Shown piece after piece: positions 28,575-42,770 of a DNA stretch of 64,000 nucleotides. The notes under the pieces were generated by a model, which saw only the letters and a program-made list of their open reading frames with translations, was not told the origin of the DNA and did not search any database. Source of the DNA: the human T2T-CHM13v2.0 reference genome, Homo sapiens; the NCBI RefSeq assembly GCF_009914755.1, contig NC_060948.1; one strand, 5' to 3'. The translations under genes and the position numbers were made by a program. The stretch's first letter is position 1, and each line of letters begins with the position of its first letter.

Positions 28575-31500
28575 TGGAAAGGCTGGGTGTCGAAAGGAAT
28601 TGACTCCAATGGAATGGAATCAAATGGAATGGAAGTGAATAGAATCGAACTAAATCGAATGGAATGGAATTGATAGGAACGGAATGGAGAGGAATGCAAT
28701 GATTTGGCATGGAATGCAATCGAATGGCATCGAATGGAATGGAATGGAATGCAATGGAATGGAATGTATTAGAATGTAATGAACTTTAATGGAATGTACT
28801 CGAATGGATTCGACTGGAATGGAATGTTCTGGAAGTGAATGGACTCCAATGGAATGGATTCCAAAGGAATGGAATCGTACGGAATGGAATCTAATGGAAT
28901 GGAATTAAATGGAAATGAATCAAATTGAATAGCACGGAATTGAATTGAATGGAATGGAATGCAATGGAATCTAATGAAACGGAAAGGAAAGGAATGGAAT
29001 GGAATGGAATGGGCTGGAATGGAAAGGAATCGAAACGAATGGAATGGAATCGAACTGAAGAGACTGGAATGGAATGCACTGGAATGGAAGGGAGTGTAAT
29101 GGAAGGTTCTCGAAAAAAATGGAATGGAATGGAATGGAATTGAATGGAACGGAATAGAGTCGAATGGAATTGAATGGAATGGAATGGACTAGAGTGAAAT
29201 GGAATCGAACCACAAGGAATGGACAGGAATAGAATGGTCTCGAATTGAATGGAATCGTATGGAATGGCATCAAACGGAATGGAATGGACAGCCACGGAAT
29301 GGAATGCACTCGAATGCAATGGAGTCGAAACTAATGGACTGGAATAGAATGGACTCGACTGGTACGGACTCCAATGGAATGGAATCGAATGGAAGGGAAT
29401 CGAACGGAATGGACTCGAAGGGAAAAGACTGCAATGGAAAGGTCTCGAATGGAATGGAAATTAATGGAATGGAATGGAATCGAATGAAATGGAGTCAAAA
29501 GGAATGGAATCGAATGGCAAGAAATCGAATGTAATGGAATCGCAAGGAATTGATGTGAACGGAACGGAATGGAATGGAATCCAAAGGAATGGAATAGAAT
29601 GGAATGGAATCGAATGGAAAGGACTCGAATGGAAATCACTCGAATAGAATGCAATTTAATAAAATAGGATCAAATGTAATGGAATGGAATGGAAAGGAAT
29701 CGAAACGAAAGGAATGGAGACAGATGGAATGGAATGGAACAGAGAGCAATGGTATAGAATGGAATGGAATCATCTGGAATGGAATTGAATGGAATGGAAT
29801 AATATGAAATGGAATGGAATGGAATGGAATGGAATGCCCTTGAATTAAATGGACTGGAATGGAATGGACTCGAACAGAGTGGAATGGAAAGTGTTGAGAT
29901 AGAATGGAATGGACTCGTTTGGAATGGTCTAGTATGCAATGCAATCGACTGGCAGGGAATCAAAAGGAATGTAATGGAATGGATTGGACTGGAATGCAAT
30001 GGACTCGAATAGATTGGAAACGGAATGCAAAGGAATGGAATGGAATAGTATGGAATGGAATGGAAAGGAATGGAGTGGAATAGACTAGAGTGGAATGGAA
30101 TGGACTGGAAAGCAATAGACTGGAATGGAACTTTCTTGAATGGACTGGAATGAAACGGAATGGAATGCAATGCAATCAAATGGCATGGAATAAAATAGAA
30201 TGAAAGAGAATCAAATGGAATTGAATCGAATGGAATCGAATGGATTGGAAAGGAATAGAATGGAATGGAATGGAATTGACTCAAATGGAATGGACTAGAA
30301 TGGAATGGATTCGAATGGAAGGCAAAGGAATGGAATCTATTGGAATGGACTGTAATGGAATGGAATGGAAGGGATTGGAATGGACTCGAATGGAATGGAC
30401 TGCAATAGAAAGGATTCGAATGGAATGAAAAAGAATTGAATGGAATAGAACAGAATGGAATCAAATCGAATGAAATGGAATGGAATAGAAAGGAATGGAA
30501 TGAAATGGAATGGAAAGGATTCGAATGGAATGCAATCGAATGGAATGGAATCGAACGGAATGGAATAAAATGGAAGAAAACTGGCAAGAAATGGAATCGA
30601 AATGAATGTAGTGTTATGGAACGGACTCAAAAGGAATTGAATGTAATAGAATGGAGTGGAGTGGACTCGAATATAATGGACTGGAATGGAATGAAATCAC
30701 ATGGAATGGGAACGAATGGAATGGAATGGAAAGGAATGGAATCGAATGGAAAGGAATCGAATGGAAGGGAATGAAATTGAATCAACAGGAATGGAAGGGA
30801 ATAGAATAGACGGTAATGGAATGGACTCGAATAGAATGGACACGAATGCTCAAATTGAATGGACTCGAATGGAATGGAAACGAAAGGAATGTCATCGAAT
30901 GGAATTGAATCGATTGGAATGAAATCGCATAGAATGGAGTGGAATCAAATGGAATTGAATCGAAAGGAAAGGAAGCGAATGGACTGAAATGAAATGGAAT
31001 GGAATTGAATGGAAAGTAATGCAATGGAATAGAATGGAACGAAATTTCACGGAATGGAATCAAACTGAATGGAATCAAATCAATGGAATCTAATCAAATG
31101 GAATGGAAAGGAATTGAATGGAGTAGATTGGATTGGATGGGATTGGAATGAAATGTACTGGAAAGGACTCGAATTTCATGAAACGGAATGGAATGAATTG
31201 GAACGGAATGGACTCGAATGGAATGGAATGTCATGGAATGGCATCAAATGGAATGGCATCAAATGGAATGGAATCGAATGCAATGGAATGCTATGGAATG
31301 GAATGGAATGCATTGGAATGGAATGTCCTCTAATGGAATGGATTCGAGTGGAATGGAATCGAATATAATGGAGTCGAATGAAATGGAATTGAAAAGAATG
31401 GGATCGAATACAATGGAATATACTGGAATGTAACGTAATGAACTCGAATGTAATTGACTGGAATGGAATGTACATGAATGGAATGTAATCGAATGGAAAG

Positions 31501-32123
31501 TAATCCAATGGAATAGAAACTAATGCAATAAAATCGACTCAAATAGAGTAGAATGTAATGGAATGGAGTGCAGTGCAATGGAATGGAATGGAATGGAATG
31601 CAATGGAATGGAATGGAATGGAATGGAATGGGATGGAATGGTGTGGAATGGATAGTAATGGACTGGTGTGAAATGGACTGGAAAGGAATGGACTCAAATT
31701 GAAAGGGCTCGAAAGGAATGGAGTCAAATGGAATGGTCTGGAATGGAATGAACACGAATGTAATGCAATCCAATAGAATGGAATCGAATGGCATGGAATA
31801 TAAAGAAATGGAATCGAAGAGAATGGAAACAAATGGAATGGAATTGAATGGAATGGAATTGAATGGAATGGGAAGGAATGGAGTGAAATTGTATGCAGTA
31901 GAAGAGAATAGAATGGAATGCAAGTGAAAGGAAAGGAATGGATTGGAATGGAACGGAATTCATTGGAATGGAAGGGAATGTAGTGTAATGGACAGGCCTG
32001 GAATAAAGTGGAATGCTACGGTCTCGAATGGAATAAAAATGTATGGAATGGAATGCAATGAAACGGAATCGAATGTCATAGAATGTAATGGAATGCAACA
32101 AAATGGAATCCAAAATCATTGAC
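28575..32123 (+). repeat. DYZ1 unit 9 (3549 bp; dimer type A)
   Basis: Landmark spacing; shares diagnostic variants with unit 11. Confidence 0.93.
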
Positions 32124-35100
32124 TGGAAAGGCTGGGTGTCGAAAGGAATTGACTCCAATGGAATGGAATCGAATGGAATGGAAGTGAATAGAATCGAACT
32201 AAATCGAATGGAATGGAATTGATAGGAACGGAATGGAAAGGAATGCAATGATTTGGCATGGAATGGAATCGAATGGCATCGAATGGAATGGAATGGAATG
32301 CAATGGAATGGAATGTATTAGAATATAATGAACTTTAATGGAATGTACTCGAATGGATTCGACTGGAATGGAATGTTCTGGAAGTGAATGGACTCCAATG
32401 GAATGGATTCAAAAGGAATGGAATCGTACGGAATGGAATCTAATGGAATGGAATTAAATGGAAATGAATCAAATTGAATAGCACGGAATTGAATTGAATG
32501 GAATGGAATGCAATGGAATCTAATGAAACGGAAAGGAAAGGAATGGAATGGAATGGAATGGGCTGGAATGGAAAGGAATCGAAACGAATGGAATGGAATC
32601 GAACTGAAGAGACTGGAATGGAATGCACTGGAATGGAAGGGAGTGTAATGGAAGGTTCTCGAAAAAAATGGAATCGAATGGAATGGAATTGAATGGAACG
32701 GAATAGAGTCGAATGGAATTGAATGGAATGGAATGGACTAGAGTGAAATGGAATCGAACCACAAGGAATGGACAGGAATAGAATGGTCTCGAAGTGAATG
32801 GAATCGTATGGAATGGCATTAAACGGAATGGAATGGACAGCCACGGAATGGAATGCACTCGAATGCAATGGAGTCGAAACTAATGGACTGGAATAGAATT
32901 CACTCGACTGGTACGGACTCCAATGGAATGGAATCGAATGGAAGGGAATCGAACGGAATGGACTCGAAGGGAAAAGACTGCAATGGAAAGGTCTCGAATG
33001 GAATGGAAATTAATGGAATGGAATGGAATCGAATGAAATGGAGTCAAAAGGAATGGAATCGAATGGCAAGAAATCGAATGTAATGGAATAGCAAGGAATT
33101 GATGTGAACGGAACGGAATGGAATGGAATCCAAAGGAATGGAATAGAATGGAATGGAATCGAATGGAAAGGACTCGAATGGAAATCACTCGAATAGAATG
33201 CAATTTAATAAAATAGGATCAAATGTAATGGAATGGAATGGAAAGGAATCGAAACGAAAGGAATGGAGACAGATGGAATGGAATGGAACAGAGAGCAATG
33301 GTATAGAATGGAATGGAATCATCTGGAATGGAATTGAATGGAATGGAATAATATGAAATGGAATGGAATGGAATGGAATGGAATGCCCTTGAATTAAATG
33401 GACTGGAATGGAATGGACTCGAACAGAGTGGAATGGAAAGTGTTGAGATAGAATGGAATGGACTCGTTTGGAATGGTCTAGTAGGCAATGCAATCGACTG
33501 GCAGGGAATCAAAAGGAATGTAATGGAATGGATTGGACTGGAATGCAATGGACTCGAATAGATTGGAAACGGAATGCAAAGGAATGGAATGGAATAGTAT
33601 GGAATGGAATGGAAAGGCATGCAGTGGAATAGACTAGAGTGGAATGGAATGGACTGGAAAGCAATGGACTGGAATGGAACTTTCTTGAATGGACTGGAAT
33701 CAAACGGAATGGAATGCAATGCAATCAAATGGCATGGAATAAAATAGAATGAAAGAGAATCAAATGGAATTGAATCGAATGGAATCGAATGGATTGGAAA
33801 GGAATAGAATGGAATGGAATGGAATTGACTCAAATGGAATGGACTAGAATGGAATGGATTCGAATGGAAGGCAAAGGAATGGAATCTATTGGAATGGACT
33901 GTAATGGAATGGAATGGAAGGGATTGGAATGGACTCGAATGGAATGGACTGCAATAGAAAGGATTCGAATGGAATGAAAAAGAATTGAATGGAATAGAAC
34001 AGAATGGAATGAAATCGAATGAAATGGAATGGAATAGAAAGGAATGGAATGAAATGGAATGGAAAGGATTCGAATGGAATGCAATCGAATGGAATGGAAT
34101 CGAACGGAATGGAATAAAATGGAAGAAAACTGGCAAGAAATGGAATCGAAATGAATGGAGTGTTATGGAACGGACTCAAAAGGAATTGAATGTAATAGAA
34201 TGGAGTGGAGTGGACTCGAATATAATGGACTGGAATGGAATGAAATCACATGGAATGGGAACGAATGGAATGGAATGGAAAGGAATGGAATCGAATGGAA
34301 AGGAATCGAATGGAAGGGAATGAAATTGAATCAACAGGAATGGAAGGGAATAGAATAGACGGTAATGGAATGGACTCGAATAGAATGGACACGAATGCTC
34401 AAATTGAATGGACTCGAATGGAATGGAAACGAAAGGAATGTCATCGAATGGAATTGAATGGATTGGAATGAAATCGCATAGAATGGAGTGGAATCAAATG
34501 GAATTGAATCGAAAGGAAAGGAAGCGAATGGACTGAAATGAAATGGAATGGAATTGAATGGAAAGTAATGCAATGGAATAGAATGGAACGAAATTTCACG
34601 GAATGGAATCAAACTGAATGGAATCAAATCAATGGAATCTAATCAAATGGAATGGAAAGGAATTGAATGGAGTAGATTGGATTGGATGGGATTGGAATGA
34701 AATGTACTGGAAAGGACTCGAATTTCATGAAACGGAATGGAATGAATTGGAACGGAACGGACTCGAATGGAATGGAATGTCATGGAATGGCATCAAATGG
34801 AATGGCATCAAATGGAATGGAATCGAATGCAATGGAATGCTATGGAATGGAATGGAATGCATTGGAATGGAATGTCCTCTAATGGAATGGATTCGAGTGG
34901 AATGGCATCGAATATAATGGAGTCGAATGTAATGGAATTGAAAAGAATGGGATCGAATACAATGGAATATACTGGAATGTAATGTAATGAACTCGAATGT
35001 AATTGACTGGAATGGAATGTACATGAATGGAATGTAATCGAATGGAAAGTAATCCAATGGAATAGAAACTAATGCAATAAAATCGACTCAAATAGAGTAG

Positions 35101-35672
35101 AATGTAATGGAATGGAGTGCAGTGCAATGGAATGGAATGGAATGGAATGCAATGGAATGGAATGGAATGGAATGGAATGGGATGGAATGGTGTGGAATGG
35201 ATAGTAATGGACTGGTGTGAAATGGACTGGAAAGGAATGGACTCAAATTGAAAGGGCTCGAAAGGAATGGAGTCAAATGGAATGGTCTGGAATGGAATGA
35301 ACACGAATGTAATGCAATCCAATAGAATGGAATCGAATGGCATGGAATATAAAGAAATGGAATCGAAGAGAATGGAAACAAATGGAATGGAATTGAATGG
35401 AATGGAATTGAATGGAATGGGAAGGAATGGAGTGAAATTGTATGCAGTAGAAGAGAATAGAATGGAATGCAAGTGAAAGGAAAGGAATGGATTGGAATGG
35501 AATGGAATTCATTGGAATGGAAGGGAATGTAGTGTAATGGACAGGCCTGGAATAAAGTGGAATGCTACGGTCTCGAATGGAATAAAAATGTATGGAATGG
35601 AATGCAATGAAACGGAATCGAATGTCATAGAATGTAATGGAATGCAACAAAATGGAATCCAAAATCATTGAC
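32124..35672 (+). repeat. DYZ1 unit 10 (3549 bp; dimer type B)
   Basis: Landmark spacing; extra GAATTC at 32896 shared with unit 12. Confidence 0.93.
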
Positions 35673-38600
35673 TGGAAAGGCTGGGTGTCGAAAGGAATTG
35701 ACTCCAATGGAATGGAATCGAATGGAATGGAAGTGAATAGAATCGAACTAAATCGAATGGAATGGAATTGATAGGAACGGAATGGAAAGGAATGCAATGA
35801 TTTGGCATGGAATGGAATCGAATGGCATCGAATGGAATGGAATGGAATGCAATGGAATGGAATGTATTAGAATGTAATGAACTTTAATGGAATGTACTCG
35901 AATGGATTCGACTGGAATGGAATGTTCTGGAAGTGAATGGACTCCAATGGAATGGATTCAAAAGGAATGGAATCGTACGGAATGGAATCTAATGGAATGG
36001 AATTAAATGGAAATGAATCAAATTGAATAGCACGGAATTGAATTGAATGGAATGGAATGCAATGGAATCTAATGAAACGGAAAGGAAAGGAATGGAATGG
36101 AATGGAATGGGCTGGAATGGAAAGGAATCGAAACGAATGGAATGGAATCGAACTGAAGAGACTGGAATGGAATGCACTGGAATGGAAGGGAGTGTAATGG
36201 AAGGTTCTCGAAAAAAATGGAATGGAATGGAATGGAATTGAATGGAACGGAATAGAGTCGAATGGAATTGAATGGAATGGAATGGACTAGAGTGAAATGG
36301 AATCGAACCACAAGGAATGGACAGGAATAGAATGGTCTCGAATTGAATGGAATCGTATGGAATGGCATCAAACGGAATGGAATGGACAGCCACGGAATGG
36401 AATGCACTCGAATGCAATGGAGTCGAAACTAATGGACTGGAATAGAATGGACTCGACTGGTACGGACTCCAATGGAATGGAATCGAATGGAAGGGAATCG
36501 AACGGAATGGACTCGAAGGGAAAAGACTGCAATGGAAAGGTCTCGAATGGAATGGAAATTAATGGAATGGAATGGAATCGAATGAAATGGAGTCAAAAGG
36601 AATGGAATCGAATGGCAAGAAATCGAATGTAATGGAATCGCAAGGAATTGATGTGAACGGAACGGAATGGAATGGAATCCAAAGGAATGGAATAGAATGG
36701 AATGGAATCGAATGGAAAGGACTCGAATGGAAATCACTCGAATAGAATGCAATTTAATAAAATAGGATCAAATGTAATGGAATGGAATGGAAAGGAATCG
36801 AAACGAAAGGAATGGAGACAGATGGAATGGAATGGAACAGAGAGCAATGGTATAGAATGGAATGGAATCATCTGGAATGGAATTGAATGGAATGGAATAA
36901 TATGAAATGGAATGGAATGGAATGGAATGGAATGCCCTTGAATTAAATGGACTGGAATGGAATGGACTCGAACAGAGTGGAATGGAAAGTGTTGAGATAG
37001 AATGGAATGGACTAGTTTGGAATGGTCTAGTAGGCAATGCAATCGACTGGCAGGGAATCAAAAGGAATGTAATGGAATGGATTGGACTGGAATGCAATGG
37101 ACTCGAATAGATTGGAAACGGAATGCAAAGGAATGGAATGGAATAGTATGGAATGGAATGGAAAGGAATGGAGTGGAATAGACTAGAGTGGAATGGAATG
37201 GACTGGAAAGCAATAGACTGGAATGGAACTTTCTTGAATGGACTGGAATGAAACGGAATGGAATGCAATGCAATCAAATGGCATGGAATAAAATAGAATG
37301 AAAGAGAATCAAATGGAATTGAATCGAATGGAATCGAATGGATTGGAAAGGAATAGAATGGAATGGAATGGAATTGACTCAAATGGAATGGACTAGAATG
37401 GAATGGATTCGAATGGAAGGCAAAGGAATGGAATCTATTGGAATGGACTGTAATGGAATGGAATGGAAGGGATTGGAATGGACTCGAATGGAATGGACTG
37501 CAATAGAAAGGATTCGAATGGAATGAAAAAGAATTGAATGGAATAGAACAGAATGGAATCAAATCGAATGAAATGGAATGGAATAGAAAGGAATGGAATG
37601 AAATGGAATGGAAAGGATTCGAATGGAATGCAATCGAATGGAATGGAATCGAACGGAATGGAATAAAATGGAAGAAAACTGGCAAGAAATGGAATCGAAA
37701 TGAATGTAGTGTTATGGAACGGACTCAAAAGGAATTGAATGTAATAGAATGGAGTGGAGTGGACTCGAATATAATGGACTGGAATGGAATGAAATCACAT
37801 GGAATGGGAACGAATGGAATGGAATGGAAAGGAATGGAATCGAATGGAAAGGAATCGAATGGAAGGGAATGAAATTGAATCAACAGGAATGGAAGGGAAT
37901 AGAATAGACGGTAATGGAATGGACTCGAATAGAATGGACACGAATGCTCAAATTGAATGGACTCGAATGGAATGGAAACGAAAGGAATGTCATCGAATGG
38001 AATTGAATCGATTGGAATGAAATCGCATAGAATGGAGTGGAATCAAATGGAATTGAATCGAAAGGAAAGGAAGCGAATGGACTGAAATGAAATGGAATGG
38101 AATTGAATGGAAAGTAATGCAATGGAATAGAATGGAACGAAATTTCACGGAATGGAATCAAACTGAATGGAATCAAATCAATGGAATCTAATCAAATGGA
38201 ATGGAAAGGAATTGAATGGAGTAGATTGGATTGGATGGGATTGGAATGAAATGTACTGGAAAGGACTCGAATTTCATGAAACGGAATGGAATGAATTGGA
38301 ACGGAATGGACTCGAATGGAATGGAATGTCATGGGATGGCATCAAATGGAATGGCATCAAATGGAATGGAATCGAATGCAATGGAATGCTATGGAATGGA
38401 ATGGAATGCATTGGAATGGAATGTCCTCTAATGGAATGGATTCGAGTGGAATGGAATCGAATATAATGGAGTCGAATGAAATGGAATTGAAAAGAATGGG
38501 ATCGAATACAATGGAATATACTGGAATGTAACGTAATGAACTCGAATGTAATTGACTGGAATGGAATGTACATGAATGGAATGTAATCGAATGGAAAGTA

Positions 38601-39221
38601 ATCCAATGGAATAGAAACTAATGCAATAAAATCGACTCAAATAGAGTAGAATGTAATGGAATGGAGTGCAGTGCAATGGAATGGAATGGAATGGAATGCA
38701 ATGGAATGGAATGGAATGGAATGGAATGGGATGGAATGGTGTGGAATGGATAGTAATGGACTGGTGTGAAATGGACTGGAAAGGAATGGACTCAAATTGA
38801 AAGGGCTCGAAAGGAATGGAGTCAAATGGAATGGTCTGGAATGGAATGAACACGAATGTAATGCAATCCAATAGAATGGAATCGAATGGCATGGAATATA
38901 AAGAAATGGAATCGAAGAGAATGGAAACAAATGGAATGGAATTGAATGGAATGGAATTGAATGGAATGGGAAGGAATGGAGTGAAATTGTATGCAGTAGA
39001 AGAGAATAGAATGGAATGCAAGTGAAAGGAAAGGAATGGATTGGAATGGAATGGAATTCATTGGAATGGAAGGGAATGTAGTGTAATGGACAGGCCTGGA
39101 ATAAAGTGGAATGCTACGGTCTCGAATGGAATAAAAATGTATGGAATGGAATGCAATGAAACGGAATCGAATGTCATAGAATGTAATGGAATGCAACAAA
39201 ATGGAATCCAAAATCATTGAC
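35673..39221 (+). repeat. DYZ1 unit 11 (3549 bp; dimer type A)
   Basis: Landmark spacing; shares diagnostic variants with unit 9. Confidence 0.93.
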
Positions 39222-42200
39222 TGGAAAGGCTGGGTGTCGAAAGGAATTGACTCCAATGGAATGGAATCGAATGGAATGGAAGTGAATAGAATCGAACTAA
39301 ATCGAATGGAATGGAATTGATAGGAACGGAATGGAAAGGAATGCAATGATTTGGCATGGAATGGAATCGAATGGCATCGAATGGAATGGAATGGAATGCA
39401 ATGGAATGGAATGTATTAGAATATAATGAACTTTAATGGAATGTACTCGAATGGATTCGACTGGAATGGAATGTTCTGGAAGTGAATGGACTCCAATGGA
39501 ATGGATTCAAAAGGAATGGAATCGTACGGAATGGAATCTAATGGAATGGAATTAAATGGAAATGAATCAAATTGAATAGCACGGAATTGAATTGAATGGA
39601 ATGGAATGCAATGGAATCTAATGAAACGGAAAGGAAAGGAATGGAATGGAATGGAATGGGCTGGAATGGAAAGGAATCGAAACGAATGGAATGGAATCGA
39701 ACTGAAGAGACTGGAATGGAATGCACTGGAATGGAAGGGAGTGTAATGGAAGGTTCTCGAAAAAAATGGAATCGAATGGAATGGAATTGAATGGAACGGA
39801 ATAGAGTCGAATGGAATTGAATGGAATGGAATGGACTAGAGTGAAATGGAATCGAACCACAAGGAATGGACAGGAATAGAATGGTCTCGAAGTGAATGGA
39901 ATCGTATGGAATGGCATTAAACGGAATGGAATGGACAGCCACGGAATGGAATGCACTCGAATGCAATGGAGTCGAAACTAATGGACTGGAATAGAATTCA
40001 CTCGACTGGTACGGACTCCAATGGAATGGAATCGAATGGAAGGGAATCGAACGGAATGGACTCGAAGGGAAAAGACTGCAATGGAAAGGTCTCGAATGGA
40101 ATGGAAATTAATGGAATGGAATGGAATCGAATGAAATGGAGTCAAAAGGAATGGAATCGAATGGCAAGAAATCGAATGTAATGGAATCGCAAGGAATTGA
40201 TGTGAACGGAACGGAATGGAATGGAATCCAAAGGAATGGAATAGAATGGAATGGAATCGAATGGAAAGGACTCGAATGGAAATCACTCGAATAGAATGCA
40301 ATTTAATAAAATAGGATCAAATGTAATGGAATGGAATGGAAAGGAATCGAAACGAAAGGAATGGAGACAGATGGAATGGAATGGAACAGAGAGCAATGGT
40401 ATAGAATGGAATGGAATCATCTGGAATGGAATTGAATGGAATGGAATAATATGAAATGGAATGGAATGGAATGGAATGGAATGCCCTTGAATTAAATGGA
40501 CTGGAATGGAATGGACTCGAACAGAGTGGAATGGAAAGTGTTGAGATAGAATGGAATGGCCTCGTTTGGAATGGTCTAGTAGGCAATGCAATCGACTGGC
40601 AGGGAATCAAAAGGAATGTAATGGAATGGATTGGACTGGAATGCAATGGACTCGAATAGATTGGAAACGGAATGCAAAGGAATGGAATGGAATAGTATGG
40701 AATGGAATGGAAAGGCATGCAGTGGAATAGACTAGAGTGGAATGGAATGGACTGGAAAGCAATGGACTGGAATGGAACTTTCTTGAATGGACTGGAATCA
40801 AACGGAATGGAATGCAATGCAATCAAATGGCATGGAATAAAATAGAATGAAAGAGAATCAAATGGAATTGAATCGAATGGAATCGAATGGATTGGAAAGG
40901 AATAGAATGGAATGGAATGGAATTGACTCAAATGGAATGGACTAGAATGGAATGGATTCGAATGGAAGGCAAAGGAATGGAATCTATTGGAATGGACTGT
41001 AATGGAATGGAATGGAAGGGATTGGAATGGACTCGAATGGAATGGACTGCAATAGAAAGGATTCGAATGGAATGAAAAAGAATTGAATGGAATAGAACAG
41101 AATGGAATGAAATCGAATGAAATGGAATGGAATAGAAAGGAATGGAATGAAATGGAATGGAAAGGATTCGAATGGAATGCAATCGAATGGAATGGAATCG
41201 AACGGAATGGAATAAAATGGAAGAAAACTGGCAAGAAATGGAATCGAAATGAATGGAGTGTTATGGAACGGACTCAAAAGGAATTGAATGTAATAGAATG
41301 GAGTGGAGTGGACTCGAATATAATGGACTGGAATGGAATGAAATCACATGGAATGGGAACGAATGGAATGGAATGGAAAGGAATGGAATCGAATGGAAAG
41401 GAATCGAATGGAAGGGAATGAAATTGAATCAACAGGAATGGAAGGGAATAGAATAGACGGTAATGGAATGGACTCGAATAGAATGGACACGAATGCTCAA
41501 ATTGAATGGACTCGAATGGAATGGAAACGAAAGGAATGTCATCGAATGGAATTGAATGGATTGGAATGAAATCGCATAGAATGGAGTGGAATCAAATGGA
41601 ATTGAATCGAAAGGAAAGGAAGCGAATGGACTGAAATGAAATGGAATGGAATTGAATGGAAAGTAATGCAATGGAATAGAATGGAACGAAATTTCACGGA
41701 ATGGAATCAAACTGAATGGAATCAAATCAATGGAATCAAATCAAATGGAATGGAAAGGAATTGAATGGAGTAGATTGGATTGGATGGGATTGGAATGAAA
41801 TGTACTGGAAAGGACTCGAATTTCATGAAACGGAATGGAATGAATTGGAACGGAACGGACTCGAATGGAATGGAATGTCATGGAATGGCATCAAATGGAA
41901 TGGCATCAAATGGAATGGAATCGAATGCAATGGAATGCTATGGAATGGAATGGAATGCATTGGAATGGAATGTCCTCTAATGGAATGGATTCGAGTGGAA
42001 TGGCATCGAATATAATGGAGTCGAATGTAATGGAATTGAAAAGAATGGGATCGAATACAATGGAATATACTGGAATGTAATGTAATGAACTCGAATGTAA
42101 TTGACTGGAATGGAATGTACATGAATGGAATGTAATCGAATGGAAAGTAATCCAATGGAATAGAAACTAATGCAATAAAATCGACTCAAATAGAGTAGAA

Positions 42201-42770
42201 TGTAATGGAATGGAGTGCAGTGCAATGGAATGGAATGGAATGGAATGCAATGGAATGGAATGGAATGGAATGGAATGGGATGGAATGGTGTGGAATGGAT
42301 AGTAATGGACTGGTGTGAAATGGACTGGAAAGGAATGGACTCAAATTGAAAGGGCTCGAAAGGAATGGAGTCAAATGGAATGGTCTGGAATGGAATGAAC
42401 ACGAATGTAATGCAATCCAATAGAATGGAATCGAATGGCATGGAATATAAAGAAATGGAATCGAAGAGAATGGAAACAAATGGAATGGAATTGAATGGAA
42501 TGGAATTGAATGGAATGGGAAGGAATGGAGTGAAATTGTATGCAGTAGAAGAGAATAGAATGGAATGCAAGTGAAAGGAAAGGAATGGATTGGAATGGAA
42601 TGGAATTCATTGGAATGGAAGGGAATGTAGTGTAATGGACAGGCCTGGAATAAAGTGGAATGCTACGGTCTCGAATGGAATAAAAATGTATGGAATGGAA
42701 TGCAATGAAACGGAATCGAATGTCATAGAATGTAATGGAATGCAACAAAATGGAATCCAAAATCATTGAC
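39222..42770 (+). repeat. DYZ1 unit 12 (3549 bp; dimer type B)
   Basis: Landmark spacing; extra GAATTC at 39994; private GGCC at 40558. Confidence 0.93.
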
